From the NCBI GenBank assembly GCA_964036045.1, contig OZ038378.1, forward strand, positions 104,656,001 through 104,720,000: a DNA stretch of 64,000 nucleotides. Reading direction: 5' to 3'. Numbering within the stretch: the first letter of the stretch is position 1; every line of letters begins with the position of its first letter. A model generated the notes under the pieces. The model did no database searches and was not told the origin of the DNA. It worked only from the letters and a program-made list of their open reading frames with translations. A program made the translations under genes and the position numbers. This document shows, one piece after another, positions 22,294-33,469 of the stretch. Source of the stretch: Eutreptiella sp. 'Long Island Sound 2002'. Taxonomy: Eukaryota; Protista; Euglenida.

Positions 22294-24430
22294 ATGCTGC
22301 TTGAGAGTCTGGGGAGCTCGCCCTTTCGAGATGCGATTGCCGGTAGGGGGCCGAAAGAAAATTACTCAGAAAGCGGGTCAGGGTTGGTGCTAATGGCTGA
22401 CATGGGATCCGGCAGCTCAGAAGCCGGGGATCCCCACTACAGGGACGAGGATCTGGTGTATTCCGGGTCAGACTATGGGCTGGTCACAGCCGAAGAAGAC
22501 GAAGAGGCCGTCCTCTACGCCTTGACACCCGAGTTCTGGGACCTGCAACGTCCAGATATTGAAGATCTGGAGGTGGCGCGGTTCTGCGAAGCCAAGCAGG
22601 ACCACCCATGCCACCTGCGGTACCCCAAGGGCAGAGCTGAGGGGGGTAGACCCCGTTTGGATGGCAACGACCACCCCATGCAAGGAGAGGTGACGCCTGG
22701 CGGTCTTGGCGGCGGCAACAGGGCCTCCAATGTCGGGTCCTTTCCAGAAGCTGTGGAGGAGATGAGGGTAGACGAGGACTCGGGCTTGTTGCCCATGGTG
22801 GTTCCTGCCTTCTCTGCCCCTTGGCCCCCCAGTCCGCCTGCTGGCCTGCCCCCTCATGGCGCATCTATCGCCGAGGTGCAGCGGCTGCACCACAACTTCG
22901 AGAAGCTTACATAGCTGCTCAGGAACCTGGAGAAGATAAATGCCTGTGTGGGCGAACTGGAGCGCAAAGTGCAGCGGTCATTGCCCCAGGATGGAAGGAA
23001 GAAGGACGAGATCAAAGCTCTCGGCGCGAGAGGGATGGAGCTGGAGGTGTCCAAAAACACGCTCCCGGAGTTCGTACATGCAGACTTCGATTTGAGGATC
23101 ACTGAGTTCCAGTAGCACCTGGTATCCCATGGGTTCCGGCAAACGGTGGTGCGACCGCCCAGCGCAGTGCTACCGGCACAGATCTTCCATTTGTCTTCCT
23201 CTCCCTCAGTTCCACTAGCCAGACCCTCTGGGGAACTGCCCTGTGCCCATATACCTCCGGTCCCCACACGCTCAGCGTCAGCGCGTCTACCAGATGTGGT
23301 GCCACAATGCCCCCATCGACAGCTTTGAATTCAGCCACCCATCTTCCTCTCAAACAATCCCTTCGAGGCCCGAGATTCCGGTCCCTGGACCCTCGTTTCC
23401 CACTCTGTCGGCCTATCCCGGGCCCGATCCCCACTACACCATGTACAATCCACGCCTAGACGGCGGCTTTCCTCCACCTTACCTCGCCCGGTGAGGAGTC
23501 GCCCGGATTGCTGGAGTTCCCCGTCACGACCGACCTCGGAGGCTCGACTGAAGCCATGGTGCAGCCCATTATGCATGGCTCATCTTCAAGGGCGCCCGCG
23601 ATGCCTTCCACAGCCTCCTTCCTTGGCAGTACGCCAAAGAAATCAGGGTCCCACCTTCGACTTGCAGCTGGAGAAATTTGCGAAGAGGGAGAGAATATGG
23701 GACAGCTGGATATTCTCCCAGCTCATGGGCTGCCTGGACGCCTTGGTTGACAGGGCGAAGAGACATTTGCACATCCTACTTTGCATTCCGTCGCTGCAAG
23801 AGTCCCTCGAGCTGATCTGCGAGAGTCCCTCGAGCTGATGCATTCAGACTGCCTGACCCTGACGTTCTCGGAGGCGTGGCATGTTGTGGATGATTCGGTG
23901 TTTGTCGACCGCCCTGGAGTGCCAAGAAGGGAGTTCTTCCCCTGCAACCTCCAACTTTGCCACAACGAGTCCCTCACGTACAGCAGATGCCGCCCCATCT
24001 GCTGCACAATCTGCTGCCAAAAGGTCACCGGATCATGGCAGGTCACCTTGAAGACGGGGCAGACTCGGCCATCGGCGGCTTCGGCTTCGGCGATCTTGCG
24101 GGCGTAGAAGAAGGCCAGCTGGGCCAGCAGATGCTCAATCCCGGACTGGTCGTCAAAGTCCTCAACCGGCGCTCTCAATCGCTTGTACTTTGCAATGTAG
24201 CTCGCCCACATTCCCTGGGTAAGCCCATGAGGATGGTGGCGAAGCGCAACTGCGTCCTCATCCACTGCAGTTCGGTCAAACAGGCGGCGTACGCTAAGGG
24301 ATTTCACCGGGTGGTACACCCAATGGGGGGGACATGCACCCATCAAGGTGCAACAGCTGGTTGGCAGCTTGTTTGCGGACCAGATGATAGCCTGGGTCAC
24401 CACAAAGCTGCAAGATGAAGTCAAACAGGG
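22294..24430 (+). pseudogene. Degenerate gag-like region of the iMet-primed LTR element; distal part possibly inverted
   Basis: ORF 22294-22914 continues across stops (coiled-coil-like LHHNFEKLT*LLRNLEKINACVGELERKV). A minus-strand frame at ~23960-24300 (MWASYIAKYKRLRAPVEDFDDQSGIEHLLAQL) also looks coding. An 18-bp direct repeat lies at 23799 and 23822. Confidence 0.55.
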
Positions 24431-27099
24431 TGTGCACAGCACCGACCGCGTTGTTGTTGTGGGCTGGGTTGTGTGGTTCGTGGTTGTTTTTGGATGCCGT
24501 GTGGTGCTGGTGTCGTGCTGTGTGGTGCATTGTCGGGCTGTGTTCTTGGTTTCGTCGCTGACGATCTTCCGTGAGCGGTGTCTCACCCTGTTTTGTTGGT
24601 GCCCTGCGGTGCCCTGTTGTGCCGTGCTGTTTTTTGCAGTGATTTGACGTGTGTGGTGCTGTTGCGCGTTTTTGTGTGGTGTGTTGTGCTGTCTGCTGTT
24701 CTGGTGCGCGGTGTCGTCCAGTTGTCAAACCGCTGCGCGTTTTTTCTGCCCTGCCCCCCGCCCCCGCCGCCTGGTCCCCTGTCGTGGCCTCTTGCTTGGG
24801 TTCTGTCCTGGGGGGGTGCTGTGTTGTTCTGTTGTGCCGCCTGCCGTGTGGTGTGCTGCTGTTTGCGTTGTTTCTTCCTGGTGCTGCCCTGTTGCTTCGT
24901 TTGCGTTGGCTGGTGCCGTCTGTTGTTGCGTGTGGTTACTGGGTGTTCGTTGCTTGGTCTGGTTGCCCGCTGTTGTTTCCCTTCTGGCGTGCTTTGTTGC
25001 AGCTGCTCCTGCCTGGCTTCATGGCTTGCTGCCCTGCTGTGTGCAGTGGTTCCTTGTGGCGTCCCGCTCCCCTGTGCTGTGTCCACACAATGGCGCAGCA
25101 GGCCACGCGGCCAGACAGGGACACTGGCGACAACACGCTCAACGAGAGTACCACAGCAGGCAGCGGACACGAACGAAAACAGCCCAGACCAACACAGAAA
25201 GGCAGGGAAAAGCGCGAAGCAACACCAGGCACGGATCAGCGACCAACTGACAGCGGGACACAGAACAAGCCAACAAAACGCAGGCGCGCGGGGACAGCAC
25301 ACTACAGCCCCGCACAAGACGCGCCACCGAACACAACACAGGGAGAAACAGTGCAACACACCGTGAGCGGTGCCACAGGGCACAACAGCGCCACACCCGA
25401 AGACGCCGCGCCAGAGCAAGACACAGGGCAGCGATCAACAGAAACACCACAATAAAACGAACGACCCAACACAGCACAGGGAGGGACACCACAGCACGAG
25501 ACACCACAACAGGGAACCGCCCAGGACCACCACAGACCGGCGCCCCACAAGGCACAACTTCCGGCGACAGGACCAGACATCACCACAGCACAACAGGACG
25601 CAGCCCAGCAACGCAACAGATAGCGACGCAGCACAGCACCGCACCTAACACCACAGCACACAGGGACAGCACAGGATAAAAAAATCAAACAGCGCAGCAA
25701 GCACCAACGCAGGACAGCGAGCAACGAGACAACACAACGAACCACCGCACGACACAAGTACGCCAGCACGGCACAGCGCGGCAGCACACACACCCCACAG
25801 CAGACAACACCACAAGCGCAAGGTGGGCACAACAAGAAACAGAAAATAACAAAACAAACGGGGCGCCCGGGAACGCCACAAACAGACACAGCGCAGGCGA
25901 GGGGAGGGGGGGCAGCACCACACCCACAAGGCGCACCACAACAAAGGAATACCCGCCACCAAAAGGAACAACACGGCAGAAAGCACCGCAGGGCAAGCAA
26001 GCAGAGCAGGAAACGGGCGCGGGGCGGCAGCCGCCCCCGAAAAAAAAAGGCAGCGGCAACGACAAATGGGGGAAACCACAAAAAGCCAAAAAAAACAAAA
26101 GGAGAGAAAAACAAAAAACTGCGGCGGGGGGGGAGGGGGAGGGGGGGAAACAGGGGCAAGAAGCCAAAGATCCAGGAGGAAGAAGGAAAAGAGAAAAAGA
26201 GGAAACACAACGGAAAGCAGGAAAAAAAACCAAAAGCGGGGGGGGGGGGGACAACAAGAGGCTAAAGGCAAAAGACAGAGAGAGAGACAATGACAACGGC
26301 TAAATGGTAACCCGAATCAAAGAACGAAACAAGGCAACATACAGAAACAGGGCCACCCAAGCGCGGAGGCCGCCGAGGAAACAAAGCAAGCAGAAAGAAC
26401 GGCCACAGAAAAGGTGAGGCGCACCAAAACGCACCCAGGAGGGCAGCCCGCCCGACCCGGCGAAGAGCAACGAGCACACGCACACACGCACGGGACCTAG
26501 GAGTGGCGTCCTCCGACCCGCAAGGGGAGGTGTCCGCGCCACAGAAAACAGCCCCGTTGCACCGGCCTAGTCCCCCGTCGAACGACAGACGGTATGGGAA
26601 ACCGACGGTCTGAGTGACCGGGTCCAAAGAGGCATACCTCTGCAGCGCACGTAGGAAAAGACCGACGGCGGAGGCACCCACCGCGGAATACCCCATCGCG
26701 GGGCCGCGAACGGGTAGGACCCGGAGCTAGTCCAGCGCCCCCGCCTCGGCAGAGTCCAGGGGCAGGCACAATGAGCCCGGTTGTCGGCCAACATCCACGC
26801 TCCACGCAGCCGTCCAGTAAATCTCGGGGCCGAAGCACCTAGGTTGGTAAAGTGCACAACAGCGTCAGAAAAGCCGACTGGAGCACCGGAAGCGAGCGGA
26901 CCGAGGCAGGGCGCACCGCGCCAAGCCACGAGGCACGCAAGAGAGGCACGCCGCCGGCCACGACCAAGGCACACGGACAGGTGCCAAGCAACAACGGCCC
27001 CCGGGTGCAGCATACCCGGGAAGCGCACAAAACACGCAAAGAACCACCGCACGGGAGCAGGTGCCAGGTAACACCGAACCTGCACACCACAAACCCGAC

Positions 27100-28685
27100 C
27101 CAGGATTTGCAGCGTTCAGCTGGAGGGACCACAAATAGAAACGCACGCCAACATCCCAGCCAGGAATGGCGGGGCGCTCCCGAAACCCGCACCAGAGCAA
27201 AAAAACCCACACTGCACACCCAAGCCAGGACTGGCGTGGTGCAGGCGAAGCAAAAACACAAACACACACGCCCCAACACCGCAGCCAGGAGTGGCCGGGT
27301 GGAAGCCAAAAACCAAACCTACACACACGCACCACAAACCCCAGCAAGGATTGGCGGGGTACAAGCGGAGCGCGCACGGAAACACACACACCTGAACACC
27401 CCAGCCAGGAATGGTCGGGCGCAGCCACAACCTGAACCCGAGCACACATGCCCACACCGCACGACCGAGCCAGGAATGTTGGGGTACAAGCGGGGCACGC
27501 AGACACAGCCCAACACCCCAGCCAAGAATGGTGGGGTACAGGTGCAGCGAGCACAAAACACACCCGTCCCAAAACCTGGGCTAGGAATGGCGGGGCGCAC
27601 CGGAAACCGGCACCCAAGCACACACAGCCACCCCGCACACCCCAGTGAGGACTGGCGAGGTGCAGGCAGAGAGCGCACACAAAGAAACACGCCTCAACAC
27701 CCCAGCCAGGATCGGCGGGGTGATAGCCAAAACGAGAACCCACAGACACGCACCACGAACCCCAGCCAGAAATGGCGGCGTACAGGCGGTGAACGCATAC
27801 AGACACACACGGCCGAACATGCCAGCCAAGAATGGCGGGGCTCAGCCGAAACACGAACCCAAGCACACGCACCCACACCGCACACTCGAGCCAGGAATTG
27901 CGGGCAACACGTGGAGCGTGCACAGGAAAACACACACCCCAACAGGCCAGGCAGAAATGGCGGTGTACAGGCCGAGCGAGCACAAAAACACATGAACCCA
28001 ACACCTCAGCCAGGAAAGGCGGGGCGCAGCCGACACCCGCACCGAAGCACACATATTCACACCGCACACCCGAGCCAGGACTCGCCAGCTGCAGGCAGAG
28101 CGCACACACAATCACACATGCCCGAGCACCCTAGCCAGGATTGGCGGGGTGCAAGCAGGAACCCGAACCCACACGCACGCACCACGAACCCCAGCCAGGA
28201 TTGGCGAGGTACACGCAGAGTGCACACGGAAAAACCCCCTGGCCAACAACCCAGCCAGGAATGGCGGGACGCAGCCAGAAACTTGAACTGTAGCACACAC
28301 ACCCACACCGCACACCCCGGCCCTGATTGGCAGAGTGAAAGACAAAACCCGTACCCGGACAAACGCACCACGAACCCCAGGAAGGCCTTGTCGCGTACAG
28401 TTGGGGGGCCCACACAAAGACACACACCCCAAAGCTCTCGCCAGGAATGGCCGGGCGCAGCTGAAACCCGAGCCCAAGCACACACACCCACACCGCACAT
28501 CCCAACCAGGACTGGCAGGGTACAAGAAGAAATCGCACAGAAAGACCCACACCCCAGCCAGGAATGGCGGGGTGAAGCCGAAATGCAAACCCACACCACA
28601 CACCCCATCTACGAATCGCTGGGTGCAGCCGAAACCCGTGCTCAAACACACGCACCACAAGCCCCAGGCAGGATTGGCGGGGTTA
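27100..28685. repeat. CA-rich satellite, ~60-bp subunit with core CCAGCCAGGAATGGCGGGG; second copy ~36050-37650
   Basis: The core recurs about every 60 bp (e.g. ~27159, 27222, 27283, 27343, 27403). Confidence 0.88.
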
Positions 28686-29203
28686 TTGCGAAACCCAGAC
28701 CCAAACACAAGCGCTACAAGACAGTAGGAAAACCAGTGTCCATGTCCCGGGCACTGAGGCAGCCCGTGCTATGCAGGTGGACCGTCTGAACATTACCGGG
28801 AGACAGGGGGTAAGGCTGCATCCTGAGGCCTGCGCTACCTTGGGGCTCGAGGCGGAGCATGCGACACCCAAGCACCTTGGAAGCAAAGTACCAAGAGCAC
28901 GCCGCTGGTATGCCTTGGGAACGGGATAGGCCAGGAGGTCCGGAGAACTCCTAGGGTACCGCTCAAAGGAGGAAACGTGCACAGGCCCGGGGGCACACCC
29001 TCCCGGCCAGACAAGTGCGTCACACCAGTGGCAATTAGCGGTCCCCGTGCTGTCCAGGGCCGCTTTGTTGGGGCGACCAGTCAGGTCTAGCGGGATGTAA
29101 GTCGCCTCACCTCTGTAACCGCGGAGCCTCTTTATGTTCCTCCTAGGGCGACGCCAAGGTATGGGGCGCCCCTGCACGACAAAGTGCACCTACCTACCTA
29201 CCT
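28686..29203 (+). mobile_element. LINE/SINE-like 3' module ending in (CTAC)n; second copy ~37650-38154
   Basis: A ~520-bp unique module terminates in CCTACCTACCTACCT (29189-29203; 38140-38154). Confidence 0.55.
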
Positions 29204-29205
29204 CA

Positions 29206-31140
29206 GGCATCGTTGGTGAGCCCCTACCCCTCCCGTTTCAAGATGCAGTATGGCAGGAGGATAGCTCAGTTGCTTTGGCATTGCGGTGTTGGAATAATCT
29301 TCAATCAGTGTCGGAGATTCTCACTTCAAGTGCATGCATGCTTCCACCGGTCATGGCTAGGCCGAATTTGTTCTCAACATGCAAGGTCCCAGGATTGGCA
29401 TTTGATAAGGCTTTCCGTCTTCGGCCATGAATCGGTTAAGTCCTCCTGCCTGGGCACGGATTGGTGGGGGTCTTTCTCTAAGGGCCAGGACTGGGGCGGG
29501 ACCATCTCCCTCAAGGCCTGGATTGGGGCAGGGCCATCTCTCTTAGAGGCGGGACTATCACTCTTTGGGATTGGACAGTCTCATCATCGATGTGCTGTCA
29601 TTGGACTCAGGATATCTCTCCATTCCTACTCACTCTGCGGGCCAGATCTAGGACGCTTCATGTGACCCGGGGCATCTTTTTACCACGTTTCTCTCTGAGT
29701 AGCATTGGATTAGTCAGGTGTCAGACGAACAAGCAGATATGCGATATTGACTTCACATGTCCATGTGTGGATTGGTTCGAATGCACATGACCATTGTGAT
29801 TCTCTATGCCTTCGGTTCTTTAAGACAGGGACCAGCTGACGGGGCTGAGTGGCATGTCCACGCATGTGAGGGCATGAGGTATATGTTGTGTGTTGGCTTT
29901 GTAATTTCCTTGTGCCTTTCGTTCGTGACACACTGTGGTGATCGCAGCAAGTGGTATGTAGCACAAACTAAATATGTGAGGTTACGGGGCTGGCCCTTAT
30001 TGCTGCTTTGTTCGCGAGCACCAAGTGAACCCGCCAAGTGTATTCAGTGCCTGGCCATTGTGTATTATGTTGCTGAGTGATGGGCTCGTATGGTCCGGTG
30101 TGAAGTACCAAGGCCCTGCTAGCATGATGAAATATGTAATGTGTCAAAAATGCCAGGTGTCCGATATTGTCTTGAGGTCTCTGCCGCGACTCATATTTAA
30201 TGATCCTCATTGCAAGCTCTTTACATGTGATCATCCGTGATTCATGATTGGCAACAGGTCAAGTATTTGGTCATGCCGTACTTTGTATTCATGGAGGACG
30301 TGGTGTTATGCTTGATCCACGGTGGGAAGGTCTCTCATCTTTCTCAATTCCAGTTTGTGCCGTCTTGTAGGCAAGAGTGAGGATGAGCCATATGGGGCCA
30401 CGCTTATGTTCAATCTGATGATGTCCTTCTGAGGGGGAAAAGGTTTTTCCTCCTTTGCCATGTACCATAGGGAGTTCTTTGATGTGAATGATCCCATGAG
30501 TCAATATCATTTTCCGAATGTCTTGAGTCGCGGTTGTGCTCGCATGGCGTCAGGCTTCTGTATAGGAACACATAGTTCACATGTGCATAGTACATAAAAT
30601 TGATTCTTGGAATAGGAATGCAACATCGGCTTACATACTCGCATATCTTGTATCGGGACATCACTTCCACTTCTGTTTCTTCCTCTCCTCTTGCCCAACA
30701 TTGACATTATTTGGTCCCTCTCCGTGATTATGTCTATCCATTGATGTGGGTACGCCCAACCAAATTTGGCCATCAATTATTGGGATTTCATTGGTCGAGT
30801 TCATTGCATTTCATTGATCAAGTGTTCGGAATTTATTGAAAGGGTTCCCAAGAGGTGTGCTTGCGGGATAATTTCGAATTTTGTGAAACATAGAAGCACT
30901 GAGAAGGTCACGGATGATGGGAGTCACGGGGAAGAGAGTGGAGAAACCGGTTATAGGCAGTAGAAATCGCACAATGGCAGGTGCAGGTCCTATAGATTCT
31001 CTTCAAGACGAGCACGTAGGGTAAGTGCTTCAGGATGTGTGTCCGTGCCGCACAATGTCTGACAATATGCAGGAAAAAACACACCACCCAAACCTGCAGG
31101 CTGTCCAACACCCTGTTCCAGACTTTCGGGTTGTGCAACG
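29206..31140. other. Unidentified non-repetitive, coding-like degenerate segment; second copy ~38155-40080
   Basis: Lower GC than its neighbours; several 60-90-aa ORF pieces are shared by both copies; no family recognised. Confidence 0.4.
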
Positions 31141-31560
31141 CGTGATGTGACCAGCCAAGATTGAGGGACTCTGTTGGCTACCAGAGCTCAGGGCCTTGCG
31201 AGAAGGATAGAGCAGGGCCATCGCGCCCTACCACCTCACCAGGAACGCGCAGCCAGAGCAGCAAAGCCCGGGGCCTTGGACAACAACTTGTTAATAAATG
31301 CCGGCCAACAGCAAGAGCGCCACAAAGAACCCATGCCCGAGACAACCGTGATGGATACGCACAGGATCACAATGCACCGCAAACTGCCGCCTATCCGCTG
31401 CAGGAACACCTCGGTCAATTGCATGAAGCTTGGGCAGCAGTCCTGACATGGCAGCTAAGCGTCCGTGCTGCCCATCGATGCTACAGTGTCGCAGAACGGA
31501 CGATACGAAATACATTTTCTTCGGTTCATGTGCGGACGACCCATTCAACTTGATTCATCC
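31140..31560 (+). pseudogene. 5' fragment of the pogo-like element (paralog of 18850-19160)
   Basis: cagcaaagccc...aacaacttgttaataaatgccggccaacagcaag matches 18868-18935. Confidence 0.75.
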
Positions 31561-31569
31561 AATCGCCCG

Positions 31570-32260
31570 GGTCCAATCTTTGGGGGCTGCGGCCGGGGCC
31601 CGCTACCCACTGGCTGTGGTTGTGGAGAGTGTGGGTGTGGGGACCCGTCACCAACCCCACGGCGCGCGCTCTTGCGAGCTGGCTTTGCGCGCTGTGGGGG
31701 CGGCACAATGACGCTCCAGGGGGGGGGGGGGCTGCCTGGGTGTGGGGCGTCCGGGCTTCGGCGCTCTCGCTTACCCAACCGCCCGTCCTCGGGCCGTGCG
31801 GCTGGGTCCCGCTACCCACTGGCTGCGGGTTTGGGGAGTGTGGGGGTGGGGACCCGTCACCAACCCCACAGCGGGCGCTCTTGCGAGCTGGGCTTGCGCG
31901 CTGTGGGGGCGGCACGGCGGCGCCCGAGGGGGGGCGTTTCTTGCCTGAATGTGAAGCGTCCAGGGTTGGGCGCTCACCCACGCCCGACAGCCCGTCCTTC
32001 TGACGAGCGGCCGGGGCCTGATACCCAATGGCTGCTGGTGTGGGGGCTATGGGCGTGAGGACCCGTCACCAACCCCGCAGCGCGCGCTCCTGCGAGCTTG
32101 CTTTGCCCGCTGCGAGGGCAGCACGAGGGCACCCAGGGGGGGGGCGTCTCTTACCTTGGTGTGGGGCGTCTGTGGTTGGGCGGTCTCTCACGGCTGACCG
32201 CCCGTCGTTGGGTCGTGTGGCTGGGGCCCCCTACCGACTGGCTGTTAATGTCGGGGCCTG
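31570..32260. repeat. ~209-bp GC-rich satellite (about 3.5 copies), same family as 43600-45490
   Basis: Recurring ggggcccgctacccactggctg...gacccgtcaccaacccca...gcgcgctcttgcgagctgg. Confidence 0.85.
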
Positions 32261-32830
32261 TGCCGCGGTTCGTCTTGATTTGTGCGCGCTTCCCGAGTTG
32301 GCGGCACCCGGTGCCATTGTTGCTTGGCACCTGTCCTTGTGCCATGGCTGTTGCCGGCTGCGTGCCTCTCTGGCCTGCCTCGTGGCCCCGCGTTGGTGCA
32401 CCGCGCCTCGTCTGGTCCGGTCGCTCTCGATGCTTCGGTTGGCTTTCCCTTTGCCGTGGTGCCTTCCCCCATCCCGGGGGCTGTCGCCCCGGGCTTTACT
32501 GGGCGGCTGCGCAGGGCACGTGGAGGCCCGCCGAGAACCGGGCTCTTTGTGCCTGCCGCTGGCCCCTGCCGAGGCAGGGGCGCTTGGCTCGCTCCGCGTT
32601 GTATCCGTTCAGGGTTCTGTGATGGGGTCGTCCTTGGAGGTTCCCTCCAGTCTCAGTGTTGGGCTGCGTGCGCTGTGGTTGTTGGTCCTGTGTGGACCCG
32701 GTCACTGACGCGTCCGGTTTCCCGTACCGTTCCTCTTTCCGACGGGGGACTCCGCCAGTGCACCGGAGCTGTTTAGTTTGGACGCCAACGCATCCACTTA
32801 CGGGTCGGAGGACACCACGCCCGGGTCCCG
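32260..32830 (+). repeat. Conserved ~570-bp module 'M' (also ~45495-46075 +, ~26440-27060 -, ~35430-36010 -)
   Basis: Shared ...gtggacccggtcactgacgcgtccggtttccc...tacgggtcggaggac(a/g)ccac in four copies, two per orientation. Confidence 0.85.
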
Positions 32831-33469
32831 TGCGTGTGTGCTTGTAGGTGCTCTTCTTGGCTGGTTCCGGCAGGCTGGCCTCCCGGGCGCGTTTCGGTGC
32901 GCCTCACCTTTCCTTCGGCCGTTTTGTCCTTCTTCTTTGTTCGGCCACCTCCGGGCTGGGGTTGCCCCTTTCCTGTCCTTTTGTTCGCCTTCCTGTCGTT
33001 TCCCCTCCTTCCTTCTTTTCCCCTCTCGCGCCCCAGCTTCCTCCAGCTTTTTGTGCAACCTGCCCCTGGGTGCCGTGGTCCTTGGCGCTCTTCGCTTGCT
33101 CCGCCCCCCCCCCCACCCCCCCCCCTTTTTTTTCCCTGTTTTTTGTTCGGACGCCCCCTTGTATCGGGTTTTCCGTTGTTTCCGGCCCTGGGTGCCCTGG
33201 GCCTTTGCGCTTTGTGGCTGCCCGCCCCCCTCCTTCTGTCTCTCTATTTCTTTGTTTGGGGGTGTTTTTTTCTGTCGCGTTCCCGCTTTTTCCTGGTTAC
33301 CGCCGCTCTTCGCTTCTGCTCCGCCTGCCTAGGTTTCTTTCTCCTCCTCCGTGTGCGGCCTTGCAAGTGGTGCGTGCGCTGTGTGCTTGGGCTGTCCCCC
33401 CCCCCCCTCCGGTGGCTGCTCGTGTCCTGCTGTGTCTCATGTTTTGCTGTGTGGTGCCGTGGACTGTTG

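Larger units (their letters stand above)
24450..31310. repeat. First copy of a ~9-kb tandem segmental duplication (partner 33470-40262)
   Basis: Collinear modules at a near-constant offset; the TGTGTCCACACA junction is at 25078 and 34049 (offset 8971). Confidence 0.92.

Noticed and set aside
26852-28789. 645-aa ORF (also 34531-36768, 745 aa, and many Cys/Val- or His/Thr/Pro-rich ORFs) as protein-coding genes
   Set aside because: They lie in strand-biased satellites where one strand is T-poor or A-poor, so stop codons are rare. Several frames and both strands are open at once, and there are no domain motifs.
30100-30300. RHD and PD words on the minus strand as an R2-type restriction-like endonuclease
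   Set aside because: There is no properly spaced CCHC knuckle or downstream D..K motif; the similarity is too weak.
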